DNA from: Psammoneis japonica
Taxonomy: Eukaryota
Assembly: GCA_008632985.1 (NCBI GenBank)
Contig: QPGO01000058.1
Span: forward strand, 372,001-436,000
Length of the DNA stretch: 64,000 nt
Direction: 5' to 3'
Shown: piece after piece, positions 50,900 to 63,200 of the stretch
Numbering within the stretch: position 1 is the first letter of the stretch
Layout: each line of letters starts with the position of its first letter
The notes under the pieces: generated by a model
Told to the model about the DNA's origin: nothing
The model's input: only the letters and a program-made list of their open reading frames with translations
The model's database searches: none
Program-made: the position numbers and the translations under genes

Positions 50900-52345
50900 G
50901 TGAATTGCTCAGGGACATCCACAGAATCATTCAAACCCAACAACAACAGCTGCTGCAACAGGGATTGCAGCCAACCCTGCTGATGAGAACCCTGGTGTTG
51001 AAGACAACATCTCCAGCTGTGGGTTGGATGATGACAAGGAGGAAACCCCATGCACTCCCACGCAGAATGCCATCAGATGGGTGCTGAGACTCTGGACAAT
51101 GTGGCTGATCATGCATCACAAGATGGTGTGTCTTGAGGACACTGGAGTGGTTGACCCAAACAATGGAGCCAATGACAAGCCCCAAACGGCAGGAGTGGGC
51201 CAAGAAGAACCTCTTGAAACTGCAGGAGTGGACCACAACACTGTGGAGAGCACATGAGTGGGGCAGGATGTGGAAGACACCCCCAACACCAAATCATGGG
51301 TGATGTCAGGGGAGCAGGCAGCAGCCAAAGCAGCCCAAGATGTCACATTGGATGACAAAAGCCAGTCCAGTGATGCTGCCATCAAAAAGGACATGGACAA
51401 GAAGAGGTGCAGCAAACACACTGGAACATGCACTCTGCACTAGAGGAAGCCAAGATTTTGCAGTTGCATGCACCTCAACCTCCTCAATGTTGATTGCACT
51501 CAATGCCCCCCCCCCCATGAAAAAAGCCTGGAGACACAGCTCAGCTCAAAGGTTGGAGAGGCTGTCATGAAGAAAGAGATGGAGCAATGATGTTGGGAGG
51601 GGTGAATCTGTCAGCAGCTCCTCCAAGCAGAGAAGCTGAGCACACACAGCTCAGCTGAGAAAGTGAGCTGGCAGGAGTGCACAGCAGAATGCCCAACCTG
51701 CTTTGGACAAGGAGCTTTGTGGATGCATCATGGGCAAGGGCACAAGATGAAAAAGAGTGCATTGCATCAGAACAATGAGAGAGCTGCTTGCTCCATTGGC
51801 AAAGAATGGCCAGATGTCAAGTGCCACATGAGGATGTTTTTTGTTGCTGATGGTGTTGTGAAAAGAGGTCTGTCTGACAGCCAAAGATTGCCCAGCTGAG
51901 ACCATGCTTGCTGGTGACTGCTTTGCCAAGCCCTCACAAGGATGGCTGTTTGCCAAGCTTCAAAACCAGATCAGGAACATGAAGGATGACACCCAAGTTG
52001 ACAACCAACCTGAGCCATTGTGTCACAGGCAGGCAGGAGTGTGTTGGAGCAAAAAGAGCACACAAACCCAGCAGAAGCTTTGAAAACAGCAGCAGTGCTG
52101 GGAGGGTGGCAGGCCCTGCCAGGAATCCATGTCTGAGGAACTTGACAAAACAGATCTGAGAGCCAAAAGGAAATGGTGCTGAAGATGATGCAGCTGATGG
52201 AGCTGTTTGGGAATGAAAACAAGAATGTGACAAGAGCAAGGATGTTCTGGTTGTCAAACAGAAAGATGAGACCAGTGAGAGGTGAATGAGCAAAAGAGAT
52301 GAGCAAGATTGACTCACTCCAAGAAAACAGCTGCTGATTTCAACA
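50900..52345 (+). mobile_element. 5'-truncated, internally deleted Copia relic: IN-RT linker, RT start fused to RNase H, PPT and 3' LTR (52042-~52345)
   Basis: Linker with repeated TAGV and DMDKK. EAVMKKEMEQ runs directly into GAMMLGRG..SSSKQ.KLSTHSS, then GQGH, MFFVAD and KPSQG. caggagtg-TGTTGG at 52042, candidate end TTCAACA at 52345. Confidence 0.75.
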
Positions 52346-53096
52346 CCCATCAGAACATGCTGTGATTTTCCATGGGAAACTTGTCATTTTGTCCATCCAA
52401 ACCCAAGGAGTGGAGACAGCTGTTCCAACATGGTGCTCCAATGAAAGAATGTGCATGTTTTTTTCTGCAATGAAAAAGGAAAAGCTGTGGATTGAAAAGG
52501 GCTGGCACTGTGTCAAACTAAATGATGGGCATGTGTTGTGTGAAAAAGTTGTGTCACAAGCACAAGAAACCCCAGATGTTGAGCAAGTCAAGCAGCAAGA
52601 TGTCAAAGAACCTTCTCACACAAAGCTCATGCATCCAGAGAGCAAGAAGAGTGCATGGCTGCATGCAAAAATGATGAAGGACATCTGGGAAGTGGAGTGC
52701 AAGCTCATGACAATTAAAAACATTTCAGCATGGAGCACCGCATGAGGAAGTCAAAGGCAAAGAAGGGAAAAAAAGATCTAAATTTTAAGTGCTGTCACTC
52801 CATTGCCAGCAGCACTGGCACCGGCTGACTTGCACTTCCAGTGCACACAACAAGTGTGGCAGAAGGGGACAAGACCAGGCCAGAATGGGTGTTGCCAGAA
52901 GGTGACACCCCACCAAAATAACTGAGAAGGAAAATTTTGCACAAGGGTTTCATTGTGTGCTTGTTGGTGACAGCCACAGAAGGAACGCCATGGCTGCAAA
53001 GGACAACTGCACTCAGATGGGTTTTTAAAAGAGTCCACAAACCACACAAGAGCCTTGAAGGTGAGACAAGCAGGTCATCAGAGAAAACATTCACAA

Positions 53097-53560
53097 AAAG
53101 CCAATGGACATGTCAAAAGAATGACAATCAAATGACACCAAAGGATGACACATGTTCTTGCTGGAAAGGGCCACAACAGAAGCAGCACTTTCACCCCAAA
53201 GAGTGAAGGACTTGATTGATCGGCAGAGAAAGGAAGTGGCATTGAAAACAAGTTGGCAAGGATGAAAGCAGTCCAAAGAAGTGACACGCAGATTGTCAGT
53301 GGCAACACATGGAAACAATGCCAGATCTTGTGCAGAAAAGCCAATGGGAGCACTGCAGCAAATGGACAACAATCAAATGACACCAAAGGACAACTGACGT
53401 TCTTGCTGGAAAAGAGAGCCGCAGCAGAAGCAGTGCTTTTGCCCCAAAGAGTGAAGGACTTGATTGAGCAGCAGAGAAAAGAAGTGGCATTGAAGACCAA
53501 TTGGCAAGGATGAAAGCAGTCCAGAGAGGTGACATGCAGATCATTGGCAATGTCTGTGGA
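53097..53560. repeat. Diverged tandem duplication, period ~240 bp
   Basis: aatcaaatgacaccaaagga...ccccaaagagtgaaggacttgattga...ttggcaaggatgaaagcagtcca at about 53126 and 53371. Confidence 0.9.
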
Positions 53561-55018
53561 TCTGCAGGGAATTTGTGCTGGAGCCTGCACAGAAAATTTT
53601 CTCAGACAACTGAAAATTACAACAAACAATGACCAGCATGCAAACCACAAGGCTGTGACACTCATCATTTTCCACTGATGAACATTGCTCATCGTGCTGC
53701 AATGAGGTTGTGCCATTGGCAAATGTGGACAAAATGGGCTTGTTGGAGCCAGCATGACACCGTCTGAGAAGGGCAACATCAGCACCACAACAAGTTGCAC
53801 AGAAACCTGTGTGGAAGCTGAGGGCATGTTGCTGATGTCAAAAAGTGTCAAAGGCAAAGAAGGGTCCTCTGCCACAGAAGCACATGGAATGGAAGTCCAC
53901 CATGATGATCAAAAACATTTTCATGTGGAGTCCCAGGATGTCAATGCAGGCAAAGAAGGATCCCCACCATGGAAGATGAAGAAGTGGATTGTCACGATGT
54001 TGGCACACCATCTGGGGGGCAAAACATGGCTGCACACAAAGATGATGAAGGACATCAAGAAGAGTGAACAGAAGCATGCGATCATCAAGAACATTGTGGC
54101 ATGAAGTGCAACGGCAAGAAACAGAGTTATGATGATGAACTGCCAGATGAGATGTGCCCCTGGCAGTGACAATCACCATTGCCATGCAGTCAAACATGGC
54201 TGGCACAATGATGATAAAGAAGAGGAGGGGGGGGGGGGGGGGGTTCTGCAGCAGGCGCCAATGTTGTGAAGAAGATGGGTCATTGTGGTGATGCACGTCA
54301 ACTGAAAAATGATGATCACCATGCAGTTGAACACGGCCAGCACGAGGTGCAAAAAAAGGGGTTTTCAACAATCAGCAAGGATCAAAATTAAGAAGTTGAT
54401 TTGAACTTTGACCTGAAAGATGTTCGCCAAGCCATTGATCAGAACAATGTGGATTTGTGATGCATGCACACCTTGCAGCAAAGCTTGAGAATGTAAACAT
54501 CCAAGACATTGCCAGGTGACAGTGTGCACATGAAGCATCGCGGTTGGGTCACATTGAAATGGTTCAATTTTTGATTGAAGAAGGACGGATTGATGTCAAT
54601 GCCTGCACGGGACGATTGGTCCAATGGATGTAAAGCTGCTCTGATGGGCCTGCAAGTCAGGTCTACAAGAAAGCCATGATGTCGTTACAATCTTGACGGC
54701 CCATGGAGCTGTTTTGCCTAGACCAATTGAAAAATAAAACCAGAACCGGAAACCATGATTAGTGAGGTGCTATCGATGCATAATTCCACCCACAGGACAC
54801 CCTGGAACCTTTTCGGTTAGAGGATCAGGTGCACAAAGGATGGATGAGGAGATGCGATTCTTCGGTCGGTCTGTCGTCTGTCGCCTTGTCGGCAGATGGT
54901 GCGACATCACTCTCAAGGATGGCATTGGAGAGGACGCGGTGGGAATGCTCGCATCTTTCAAATTGATGTGGCGCTCTAGCTACTATAAATTTTACACTTA
55001 CTCGCGCTGTGGCATGAA

Positions 55019-58000
55019 TCACAGCTCTTGCTTCCAATGCTCTACCAAGTGTGGCTTAAGACGAGGAGAGTATGTTGAAGGTGCCACCTCTTCTGTCCCA
55101 GCGACATGCATGTGGGAACCATATTTCTGCTCCATTTGGTCAATTTTCGCCTGTGCCCCATGCTCTGAAAACTCCATTCTCGCTCGATCCAGGTAGTCAG
55201 CAGCGGTAGACGCGTCACCGCACTCCAACATATATGAACCAGCTCTTTCGCAGGCGATTGCCTTAATTAGCCTAAAGCCGCACCTACTCGCCATGGCAAT
55301 CGCAGAGTCAAACTCTGACAAGACAGTGCCACTACGATCCTTCAAAGCCTGCTTTTCTGCTTCGAGGAGTTTTAACATGGGTAAGAAGTTAGGGGACCCG
55401 GCTTCTGCGATGATCTTGACTTGACGGATGTACCAACGTGCACGCCATCTATGAAGGCACGGTGTTTTTTTCCGCGCCAGGCCAAGACACGTCATTCCGC
55501 AGAAGAAGTAGTTGAGATACTTCATAAAAAAGGTCGAAAAGAAATCATTGCGTGGATCCACCTTCTTCCTTTCGAGCTCCGCAAGTTCCAGTTCGTCCAA
55601 CAAGTAGAACAATACCATGCGAGCATAGGCCAAAAGGAGGAGCGAAGAGGATCCTTCGTTTAAACAGACCAGATTGTCCACAAAGTCTCTCTCAACCATT
55701 CCAATACCAGACAGTTTCAGGGGATTCTCGCACTTTCCCATTAGGTTCAGAGTGAGCTGAAAGAATGGTAGCAATTCCATCAATGTGGCTTCTTGACGGA
55801 ACTCTCGACAGAAGTCGCAGTAGCCCTTCAACTCTTTCTCCAAGCTTGTCAACGGCATGCCGACAACAACGCTTAGCATGCCATGTCCCTGGAGGCAATA
55901 TCCTGCTAGTTCAACATTCCCTGTTTCCTTTGCGATGGTATAGGCTTTCAACATTCCATCTAAGCTCTCGTGGATGGGCCTCTTGAGATGATGACTGAAG
56001 AGATGTACCACCTTTACCGCGTGAGGATAACCCTCCCGGAATTTGGGGTCTCGTACAAGATCCAGTGCAAGAGCCGCATATTCAAAGGACTCCTCCAGTT
56101 CTCCGAAGTCACCCAGAAGCACACCAAAGGCTGAAATTCCGTAGGGGCTAAAGCTACCCATTCCATGTTCCAAAGTCAGACGTAACATTGTTAAGCTATG
56201 CAAAATGAGAAGGTGTTCTTCTCCTGCATGCCAGTCATATATCGTGAGAGTCGCAAGCAGTCTCATGGCTTCAATAACAATGTTGTCAGTCATGGGAGGT
56301 AAACCTCGAAGGTCTGCTGCCTTTCTACCCCTCAGCATGTGTTTTGTCTCAGCTACCGCCCGCCTCACTTGACGATCGTTAGCCTTTACAGGTTGCCATA
56401 CACCAAGACGTTTGAGCACCGCGGCGCCTTCTTTGATGGCTCCAGTCCAGTCCTGACATGCGCCCAGGATAGCCACTCGGACACTGTAAGCGCGCAGCCG
56501 ATCCTGTAGACAGCAAGCATGATTCAGCACCTCTGAAATAGACTCGCTACTCTTCTCAAAATTACCATACGAGTAGTGCATCACGGCCGAATACGAGCAG
56601 AGTTCTAGAGAAAGATCGTAGTGCTTACTCCATCTATTCGTCGACCCAGACAAAAGACAGTCCAACCCTCGGTCTGCATACGTGGCAGCGCTTATGAATG
56701 CGGACTTTCTAGAGGCATTATGGGCCGTTTCGAGGCACAGTCGAGCGAGTTCTTCAGCTGTAAGAGTGCAATGGTCAGACCGTTTCGTGAGGAGATTGAC
56801 AGAAGTAAAGAGCATCCACTCTTCCGTGCTATGTGTTCGACTCATTTCCAGAAGGATCTCTCCTAGTTGCACCTGAAGGCGGTCGCCTGCATCACCTTTC
56901 GGAAACATGGCGAAGACCGACTGCTGCACTCGGTCGTGCGAGAATTTGTACTTGCCCAATGACAGGACTTCAATCAAACCGGCTTGAGTAGCATTCTTGA
57001 GCGCTCGATCAATTTGTTTTGATCCATCCTCGATTGTCTCGCCAGAATGGACTATTCCTTGACAAGTGTTTTCTGATTTCAAGTCTAGATGCATGGTTAG
57101 AGCCTGAAAGAAGTGTTTCGTCATCAAAGTATCCTCCAACACACCAACGTTGAAGGTGAAGCCAAGGCAGGCCGCCACCATCAACACCACCTGCACACTA
57201 GACGACAGTTCCGAGATTTTATCCATCAACAACGCAAGGACATTGTCAGAGACGTCTGTCGTCGTGGCAATCGCTTCGGCATCCCACTCCCATTTGTTGG
57301 TCGCGAAGCTAAATCCCAGCAGTCCCCGACGATGCAACATTTCAAGATATTGGATCACAAAATAGGGATTACCTCCCGTCTTGCGATGGGCAATGGAACT
57401 AAGTGATGCAGTTTCCTGAGGGCGGCGTTCAATGACTGTCGCGACCATGTCATTGACTGCATCCATGGAGAGAGGACCCAAGGATATTTCAGACACCGCG
57501 AGCGTGTTGTCGTCTGGAAGATATCGGTAGTTATCTTCGTCTCGAAATGCAATCACTAAGAGGGTGTTGACTGAATTCAGATCTGAAGCAAGGGAAGCAA
57601 TGAGCTGCTTGGACGCTTCGTCAGCCCACTGCAAATCATCCAGGAATAGAACGAGATGGGAATGGGCACAGACCGCAGCGAGAAAGGAGCGAAAGAGAAA
57701 CTTGAATCTCTGGAATGCATGCTCATTGGTCACCTGACTATCGCTGCATTCCTTTGTTTCTCTGTAACAATTCCCAACCAAAAGTCGGAGAGAAGGCATC
57801 AACTTAGACAAAATTCGAATCTCATCGCTGGTGAGATTATCCTCCATGGTACGTCGTATCTCCTCTTGGTGTTCGCTGGATCGAATCAAATGACAGAGTT
57901 CTGTCACGGCATCCACAACTGCACTGTAGGGTCTCAAGTCATTCTCAAACTGTCCAAACTTTCCTGAAACGAAGAATCCATCGCCTTTCGCTTCTTCTTC

Positions 58001-58246
58001 GCATGCCTTCTCAAGGCCTTGTGCGAGGGCGGATTTACCGCTTCCCGACGCGCCGTGCACCAAGACCACTTCGGAAGGGTGCGATTTCTGACGGGTCCGA
58101 TCGTAGGCTCTCTGCAAAACTGCCACCTCATCTGATCGCCCGACAAGAGACAAGTTGGAGAGGTTGAGAGGGAGCAAGTCGGTCGTCTTGTCACTACTGG
58201 CACTCGTGGACGAGAAGGTCCAGCTTTGAGTTGTGCCACTGCTCAT
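55019..58246 (-). CDS. STAND-class (AAA_16-like) ATPase with TPR-like helical C-terminus, resembling the central region of bacterial HstK-type kinases
   Basis: Intact, intronless 1075 aa ORF with LVGR, Walker A GASGSGKS, Walker B LVLFLDDLQWAD, TGGNPYF, FSHDRVQQ and C-terminal IACERAG...GAQAK. Confidence 0.88.
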   Translation of the reverse strand: MSSGTTQSWTFSSTSASSDKTTDLLPLNLSNLSLVGRSDEVAVLQRAYDRTRQKSHPSEVVLVHGASGSGKSALAQGLEKACEEEAKGDGFFVSGKFGQFENDLRPYSAVVDAVTELCHLIRSSEHQEEIRRTMEDNLTSDEIRILSKLMPSLRLLVGNCYRETKECSDSQVTNEHAFQRFKFLFRSFLAAVCAHSHLVLFLDDLQWADEASKQLIASLASDLNSVNTLLVIAFRDEDNYRYLPDDNTLAVSEISLGPLSMDAVNDMVATVIERRPQETASLSSIAHRKTGGNPYFVIQYLEMLHRRGLLGFSFATNKWEWDAEAIATTTDVSDNVLALLMDKISELSSSVQVVLMVAACLGFTFNVGVLEDTLMTKHFFQALTMHLDLKSENTCQGIVHSGETIEDGSKQIDRALKNATQAGLIEVLSLGKYKFSHDRVQQSVFAMFPKGDAGDRLQVQLGEILLEMSRTHSTEEWMLFTSVNLLTKRSDHCTLTAEELARLCLETAHNASRKSAFISAATYADRGLDCLLSGSTNRWSKHYDLSLELCSYSAVMHYSYGNFEKSSESISEVLNHACCLQDRLRAYSVRVAILGACQDWTGAIKEGAAVLKRLGVWQPVKANDRQVRRAVAETKHMLRGRKAADLRGLPPMTDNIVIEAMRLLATLTIYDWHAGEEHLLILHSLTMLRLTLEHGMGSFSPYGISAFGVLLGDFGELEESFEYAALALDLVRDPKFREGYPHAVKVVHLFSHHLKRPIHESLDGMLKAYTIAKETGNVELAGYCLQGHGMLSVVVGMPLTSLEKELKGYCDFCREFRQEATLMELLPFFQLTLNLMGKCENPLKLSGIGMVERDFVDNLVCLNEGSSSLLLLAYARMVLFYLLDELELAELERKKVDPRNDFFSTFFMKYLNYFFCGMTCLGLARKKTPCLHRWRARWYIRQVKIIAEAGSPNFLPMLKLLEAEKQALKDRSGTVLSEFDSAIAMASRCGFRLIKAIACERAGSYMLECGDASTAADYLDRARMEFSEHGAQAKIDQMEQKYGSHMHVAGTEEVAPSTYSPRLKPHLVEHWKQEL

Positions 58247-58454
58247 GATGCTACCGGTATTTCAATTCTTCTTGTGAGTCACGAACTTTGCTTTTTCCAC
58301 TGTTCGTCTCGATAGTTCTAATGCCAATCGGCAGCCACGAAAGAGGAGACAAATAGGTCGTCGGAGAAAAGATCAGAGGTTGTGAAACCCTCGCTATGAT
58401 GACACATAACACGCAAAATGTGGGGTTCGCAAAGCGCAGATTACACGTCGCATG

Positions 58455-60170
58455 CTGATGGTCGCGACCAATCCTTGATCGCACAACATTTTCTCAAACA
58501 CGACTCATTCACGATTGACATGGCAACAATCGACCAAAAAGCTTCTACATTCTGCACCAACCTTGACCGACTCTCCTCCCGCCTTCGCGACTCCCAAACG
58601 AAAAGCTCCCCATGCTGCACTTGCACCACTTCCTCACTCCTGCACCTCCTGGTCTCAGACGTCCACTTCAATTTCGACCCAGACAACCCGCCACCCCTTG
58701 CTTCCTGGACCCAGCCTTTCCAACAAGACATCCAGCACCACTGCGACACCTTCCTGCAACACCTTGCAGCACAATCACAACCCTTGCCACACCACAGTCT
58801 GCTTCTTTCCCACCTCCCTCCAGCTGGTGGTGGTGTTGGGTGCTGCTCCATCTCCTCTTCTGCTGTCCCCTTTTCCTCATCTCCCATCTCCCAAGAACTC
58901 GCCCATTCCCTGCGATGTGCTGCGCGCGGACCCGGCCGCTGCTGGCAACAATGACTCCCTCAAGCTCCCTCCCTTCTGTGCTTGCTTCCTTTGCACATGG
59001 GCCACCTCCCTCCACCCTCTGCATCTTTGCCATGTCTTCCAACACTGCGGCACTGCCACAGTGCCAATGCTCGACCCCGCCCCACCCTCCCTCACCGCCC
59101 TTGTTAAAACACACCCACTGCACAACCTCTCCCACCCCCCACACCATGCCCACTTCCAATGCCAACCACAAATGATGCTCTGACAGCAATGCCCTCTGCA
59201 TGTTCTTGCCCTTGCACTCCCATCCCTCCTCTCTCTGCTTGCAAGCCACCCTCTCCACTCCCTTGCTCGCTCCCTTCCTCAACAACGCCTGGCCTCGGAG
59301 CAATTCCGCCTCATGCTGCAATGCAAGCTGTGGCCTCCCATCTCCCCTGACCACCCTGAATCTGTCTCTTGCCCTTCCTGCAATGGCACTGCTGACCCCT
59401 GCAGTGACCACACTTTCTGCCGCCGATCCCTGGAAACAAAACTGCCATGTCCAACACCATCCGAGATGCCCTCTTTGCTGCATTTCAGACCCTTGCCCCA
59501 CCATCCGGCATTTGCACCAACTCTCAGGCTGTTCATCATGAACCCACCAACCTTGTGCCCCATCCACCTCTCAAGCATCCTGCTGATGCAGGCACCCAGC
59601 TCAACCCAGCTGCCTCTGCTGCCTCCCCCCTTGGACAACACCATCTTGCAATCAATGTCGCCATCCCTGAACCTCCTCCATTGCCTGCTCCTGGCTTGCC
59701 TGCCCCCAGTCTCAACCCTCACACTGAGGCCCACCATGTGAGCACCAAACAGAGTCAACAGAACACATGAAACCAAACACAAAGCCACCCTCACATCTGC
59801 CCTCAACGACACCGGAGGAATCTGCCTCACCCCCTTCACCATCGATTGCTTTGGAGCTCCCGGCTGCTTTGCACACCACCTTCTCTTTAGAGCCAATCAA
59901 CAACACCCCGTTCCCACCCCATCAGCCCCCCCTTGGACCACTGAATCCTCCTTTCAACATCCCACTGCCCATGCTGCATGCACCTGTGCACAACCATCCC
60001 TGTCTGCCATCCTCCAAGCTGATGCTGCCACTTGGAATGACACATCTGCCACACATTTTGGCTTGACCCACCACACTTCAACTCCATCACAATGGCACCT
60101 CCAAAGCCTTGGCTTTGCAACAGCCAAATCCCTTGCTGACCAACTGACCCACTGCTCTGCCAAACTGCAG
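58455..60170 (+). mobile_element. 5'-truncated non-LTR retrotransposon with restriction-like endonuclease (CRE-like), degraded
   Basis: HLPPAGGGVG (end of RT, LPxxxGGLG), zinc finger CPSC...DPCSDHTFC, NTIRDAL, HPAD...LAINV (RPD...IDV) and FTIDCFG. Confidence 0.75.
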
Positions 60171-60251
60171 NNNNNNNNNNNNNNNNNNNNNNNNNNNNNN
60201 NNNNNNNNNNNNNNNNNNNNNNNNNNNNNNNNNNNNNNNNNNNNNNNNNNN
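60171..60251. other. Assembly gap (81 N) followed by a poly-C run
   Basis: Run of N in the sequence. Confidence 1.
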
Positions 60252-63200
60252 CCCCCCCCCCCCCCCCCCTGTGCCACCAGGTGATGCTGCACACGAACTT
60301 CTCACACATGCATGCTGGGTGGTTTCCCCACCCAACCAGCAACATTGAATGTTCATGACCACACAATTTCAAAAATCGAAGATCCAAGCACTTCGCCTGT
60401 GAAGAAAAAAATTGCAGAAGATTCATCTTGTTTTGTCTGCTTTGACTGCACTGTTGTCTCCCCCCATTCTTTGGGAGTCCACTGTCCCACCATCTGGAGG
60501 AAGCAAAAGAGATGGAGACAAAGGACGCAGCATGCACTGCAGCATTGGTTGGAAAGATCTTTCTGGTGGCAACTCCTTGGTTGTTGTTGCGTGCTCTGAT
60601 TTTGCTTGTCATTGCAGCTCTGCTCTCCTGCAGTGCATCAGCTTTTTCTGTTCCAGCCATGCCAAAGTTCAGCCAACCAATCATTTGGGCCTCAGACCAA
60701 GAATCATTGGAGCCTCAGATGATCTCCAATGGCTGGGATGACAAAGTGGCAGAATGGCACCCAAGGGCCGCCTTGTGGGCCTTTTGCTTCTTTGACCATG
60801 CATCATGCTGCATGGTGGTCATCCATTGAACATTGCTCAGCTGCTGCAAACTCAGGTGTATGATGTGGCCAAGCAGCTTGGTTTTTTGTGCATGAACAGC
60901 ATCTCAGAGAGAAATGAACGTCTGAAGCAAAAGGGTGTTGGAGTTGGGCACCAGCACAGGTCTGCACTCTGTCACATTTCATGATGTTCTTGATGCCCTT
61001 TTGGTGCAATGAGGGCAATGAAATTGACAAAAAGTGCCAAATGCCCCAGAGGTGTTGTGGGATCAATTTGGTGCACAAAGCAAAAGAGCACAGCAAAAGC
61101 ACCAGCCACACAAAATCTGGAAGATGTTTGCAAGCCACCAGACACCATTGTGAAGGCATGAAAGTCATTTCATCCAGCTTTGTTGGTGGGAGGAAGTGAT
61201 GTGACTTGCTGCCCAGAGGATCTGCCTCATTTGTGCCAAATGATTGAAGTCCTCTCAGATGGCAGCAATGGCTGCAAAAGCCATTGTTTCAGTTTCACCA
61301 TCACCACTGGAACACCAACACAGAGCAGCTGACAGAGTTTTTGATGTGGGTGCAACTGAGCATGCCTTGCACATGAATGCCATTGGCAAGAGTGAAGAGA
61401 GGTTTTTGAAAATGTCAACAGGGGCTCCAGCTTGAGTTCAAACCAAGAAGAAGTGAGCACAAACTGCTTCTGCCAACTCATCGGAAGCAACTCTTCAAGG
61501 TGGCAAGCATGCTGGCAATGTGAACCCACAGTTTTCAGCATCAACAGGCTGTGAAATGGCTTTGTCACTTGAAGATTTTTGGTCACAACAGTGCTGTCCT
61601 GCCTTGAGTTTCAGGGGATTTTGGATCTGCTCTGCAACCCTGTGTTCAACTGCAGACACCATCTGTTTGTTGAAACACTGAAGCAATTGGCTGCTGGACT
61701 TGGATGACTCATTTCTTCAAACACTGGAGAAGCCAGCCAATGGGCCAGAATGAGTTGCCAACAAAGGCTGCTTTGTTGTCCCCAGTCCTCATCAAGCATT
61801 CTCACCAGAGCCAGGGCTGAGCCACTCCAGTCATTGGCTTTTGATCTTGTTGCCAGCAGATTGTCTTCATTGTCATGGTCATTTTTGGGCACAATGCAAA
61901 GCTCCACCACAAGTGTGCTGAGTCTTGATCTTGGATCTCTCTTGCATGTTGAAGCAGCTAGATGCAGTGGTGCCAGCTGCAGATTGGCTGTTTCTGTTCT
62001 TTGTCAGCCATGAGCATGTTGAGTTGATGTGTTGAAATTCATGAGATGATTTGAAAGCTTGTTGAAGCAGGAAGCTCCTCACATGCCTTGTGGAAATGCA
62101 TTGTAAAAAAAGGGCAGACTGTGACTGTGTTGTGGAGAGTGGCAATTGTTGGAAGGGATGTTTGCGCATTGGTCACTCCCTCCATTTTGAAAGTGTCATT
62201 GACCCTGAGCCATGACCCTTGCTGCTTGAGAAGTTGCAACAGGCACAAGGCAATGAGACTTTTTTCTGTGTTGTCTCTGCCACCAGTTTGTCTGAGCTCC
62301 TTTTGTGGATTTGGTGCATGTCTGCATCTTTTTGTGGCTGAATGCATTGGAACAACAGACTCAAGACAATGGCGCAAAAGTTGTCAAGCAGAAATGATGG
62401 AACAAATGCTCACACACCGCTGCAACCACACATGCACTGCACTTGACAAGCGCCATTGCAGCACACCAACAACAAGCTCAAACAAAGATTTGTGTTCTTG
62501 AGAAATGAAATGAGCATGTCTTGAACAAGAGCAGCTGCAGTTGGCACAAGCCAGTGGCAAGCAAACTCTTTGTCTCAAGCAGAAAGTGGCTGAAATGTTG
62601 GAGGATGTTCAGCAGCTGTTGTGAGAGGAACAAGAATGAGGTGAATTTTTGGAATGAATTGACAAGGCATGTGTGTCAGTGTTGATTTTGTTGTTGTTGT
62701 TGTGTCTTTGCAGCATGCTCCATCTCAAGCAAAAAGCAATGGACATGTCAGAGGACTCTCAACAACCATTGTGAGTGAAAGAAACAAAAATGGGGGGAAT
62801 TGTTGGAACAAGGCATGTGAGCAGCAGCACTTTGTTTTTCATTCTTGATGTTGTTGTGTCCCCCCTGGCAACACGCTTTTTCATCTCATTGCATTTCACA
62901 GGGTGCAATGACATCTCAAGCAAAAAGTGATGGAAATGTGAGAGGACATTTAGCAGGAGCTTTGTGAGAGGAACAAGAGTGGAGCAAATTGTCAGAATGA
63001 CTTGAGGACAAGGCATGTGCAGCAGCGCTGTGAAGGAAAAGCAACAGAGCAAAAGTGTCCACACTCAGCCCTTTTTCCCAAAGTGCTCCCTCTGCACTGT
63101 TGCACACACTCTTCTTCTCCTTTGGAAATTCACAACTTTGTGCAAAGAAACAAGCTTGTCATGGAGAAGAATCCCTGCTCACTTTTCAAATGTGTCTGCT

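Larger units (their letters stand above)
43685..54630. other. TpA/CpG-depleted hypermutated block 4 (TA-retaining island ~46350-46500)
   Basis: Near absence of TA over 11 kb. Contains a GACC-repeat pseudogene, tandem repeats and a Copia fragment. Confidence 0.88.
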
